From: a virus
Taxonomy: Duplodnaviria; Caudoviricetes
Reading direction: 5' to 3' (one strand)
Length of the DNA stretch: 25,336 bases
Virus record (IMG/VR): IMGVR_UViG_3300048849_000019
Location: 1 to 25,336 of that record
The position numbers and the translations under genes are program-made. The notes beneath the pieces were generated by a model, which was not told the origin of the DNA, searched no databases, and saw only the letters and a program-made list of their open reading frames with translations. Shown piece by piece: positions 23,716 to 25,336 of the stretch (its first letter is position 1; every line of letters starts with the position of its first letter).

Positions 23716-25336
23716 ATGTCACTGCCCGCCGCTTCCCCCGAGAAAACCGATAACCGCCGCCTCGCCAAGTTCCTCTACTGGCAGGGGTGGACGATCACGG
23801 CTGTCGCCGATCACCTCGGCGAGAAACGCGCCACGGTGGAGGCCTGGAAGCAGCGCGACGGGTGGGCTGATGCGCCTGCGATCCAGCGGGTCGAAGGCGC
23901 GATCGAGGCCCGCATGGTGCAGCTCGTGATGAAAGACATCAAGAGCGGCGGAGACTACAAGGAAATCGACCTGCTCGGGCGCCAGATCGAGCGCCTGGCG
24001 CGCGTCGCGCGGTACAGCGAGACCGGGAAAGAGAACGATCTGAACCCGCGCATTGCTGCGCGCAATGCCGGCCCACGGCGCCAGGCCGTGAAGAACGAAT
24101 TCAGCGACGCGCAGCAGCAAGCGCTGCTAACGGCGTTCCGTGACAGCCTGTTCGACTATCAGCGCGCATGGTATCGGGAGATGCACCAGCGCACGCGCGC
24201 GCTGCTGAAGAGCCGGCAGATCGGCGCGACCTGGTACTTCGCGCGCGAAGCGCTCGTCGACGCGGTGCAGACGGGCCGGAATCAGATCTTCCTGTCCGCC
24301 TCGAAGGCGCAGGCGCACGTTTTCCGCCAGTACATCGTCGCCTTCGCGCGCGAGGCGTGCGACGTGGATCTGAAGGGCGACCCGATCATCCTCGCCAACG
24401 GCGCCCACCTGTACTTCCTCGGCACCAACGCGCGCACCGCCCAGGGCTACCACGGCAACTTCTATTTCGACGAGTTCTTCTGGACCGGCCGCTTCCAGGA
24501 GCTCAACAAGGTCGCGTCGGGCATGGCGCTCCACAAGCACTGGCGGAAGACCTACTTCAGCACGCCCAGCAGCATGAGCCATGAGGCCTACCCGTTCTGG
24601 ACGGGCGACCTGTTCAACCGGCGGCGCCCGAAGGCCGACCGCAGAATCATCGACGTGACGCACGCGGCGCTGAAGAACGGCATGCTCGGCGCCGACAAGA
24701 TCTGGCGGCAGATCGTCACGATCATGGACGCGGCCGACGGCGGTTGCGACCTATTCGACATCGATGAGCTGCGCAACTTCGAATACAGCCCCGACCAGTT
24801 CGAAAACCTGCTGATGTGCGGCTTCATCGATGACACCGCCTCGGTGTTCCCGCTCGCCGAGCTGCAGCGCTGCATGGTCGATTCGTGGGAAGTCTGGGAG
24901 GACTTCAAGCCATTCGCGACGCGGCCTTTCGGCCAGCGGCCGGTCTGGGTCGGCTATGACCCTTCGCACACTGGCGATCATGCCGGATGCGTCGTCGTCG
25001 CGCCGCCGGCCGTGCCTGGCGGGAAGTTCCGCGCCCTCGAGCGGCACCAGTGGCGTGGGATGGACTTCGCCGCGCAGGCAGACGCGATCCGGGCCATCAC
25101 GCAACGCTACAACGTGACGCACATCGGCATCGACGCGACTGGCTTGGGCCAGGGCGTGCTGCAGATCGTGAAGACGTTCTATCCCGGTGTGCAGGCGCTC
25201 ACGTACTCGCCCGAAGTGAAGACCCGCCTTGTCCTGAAGGCGAAGGACACGATCAGCAAGGGCCGGCTGGAGTTCGACGCCGGCTGGATCGACCTTGCTC
25301 AGGCTTTCATGGCCATCACGAAAACGACCACGGCCA
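23716..25336 (+). CDS. P: terminase ATPase (large) subunit P, 3' end outside the window
   Basis: Manual translation: MSLPAASPEKTDNRRLAKFLYWQGW...LLKSRQIGATWYFAREAL...FLSASKAQA...LGTNARTAQGYHGNFYFDEFFW...WVGYDPS. Not in the ORF track because no stop is reached. Confidence 0.96.
   Translation, partial: MSLPAASPEKTDNRRLAKFLYWQGWTITAVADHLGEKRATVEAWKQRDGWADAPAIQRVEGAIEARMVQLVMKDIKSGGDYKEIDLLGRQIERLARVARYSETGKENDLNPRIAARNAGPRRQAVKNEFSDAQQQALLTAFRDSLFDYQRAWYREMHQRTRALLKSRQIGATWYFAREALVDAVQTGRNQIFLSASKAQAHVFRQYIVAFAREACDVDLKGDPIILANGAHLYFLGTNARTAQGYHGNFYFDEFFWTGRFQELNKVASGMALHKHWRKTYFSTPSSMSHEAYPFWTGDLFNRRRPKADRRIIDVTHAALKNGMLGADKIWRQIVTIMDAADGGCDLFDIDELRNFEYSPDQFENLLMCGFIDDTASVFPLAELQRCMVDSWEVWEDFKPFATRPFGQRPVWVGYDPSHTGDHAGCVVVAPPAVPGGKFRALERHQWRGMDFAAQADAIRAITQRYNVTHIGIDATGLGQGVLQIVKTFYPGVQALTYSPEVKTRLVLKAKDTISKGRLEFDAGWIDLAQAFMAITKTTTA

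Larger units (their letters stand above)
1..25336. mobile_element. P2-like temperate phage/prophage, partial (both ends outside the window)
   Basis: Collinear P2 morphogenesis gene order P / O-N-M-L-X-lysis-R-S-V-W-J-I-H...FI-FII-E-E'-T-U-D, plus an ogr-like gene and an XRE repressor. No host genes seen. Confidence 0.97.

Noticed and set aside
23719-25122. Several short ORFs listed in the track in this region
   Set aside because: All are antisense or off-frame to the terminase P reading frame starting at 23716.
1-25336. att sites, cos site, tRNA or integrase
   Set aside because: None recognisable. Both phage ends lie outside the window.

Overview
The window is the central part of a P2-family (Peduoviridae-type, phiCTX-like layout) temperate phage or prophage with a high-GC backbone (roughly two-thirds G+C by eye). 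No att site, integrase, portal gene or host DNA is in view. From right to left it carries the terminase ATPase P (+ strand, cut by the window end), then on the minus strand the head genes O-N-M-L, X, a lysis cassette (putative holin, DUF5675-like enzyme, Rz with embedded Rz1), R-S, baseplate V-W-J-I, a four-gene tail-fibre module, FI-FII-E/E'-T-U-D, and finally the early region (XRE repressor divergent from RHH protein, ogr-like activator, hypothetical protein, primase-helicase). Between the repressor and gene D lies the only clear cargo: a lower-GC, tightly coupled three-gene operon (359, 138 and 246 aa) ending in a PD-(D/E)xK-type nuclease. It is the best candidate for an uncharacterised anti-phage system. 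Several regulatory signals can be read directly: a TTGACA-N17-CATACT early promoter with two operator-like repeats, a GGTA-N11-TACC late-activator site placed identically at three late promoters (two of which predict leaderless mRNAs), and the TTTTTTG -1 frameshift of gene E. All product calls rest on motif recognition and gene order, not on database searches.
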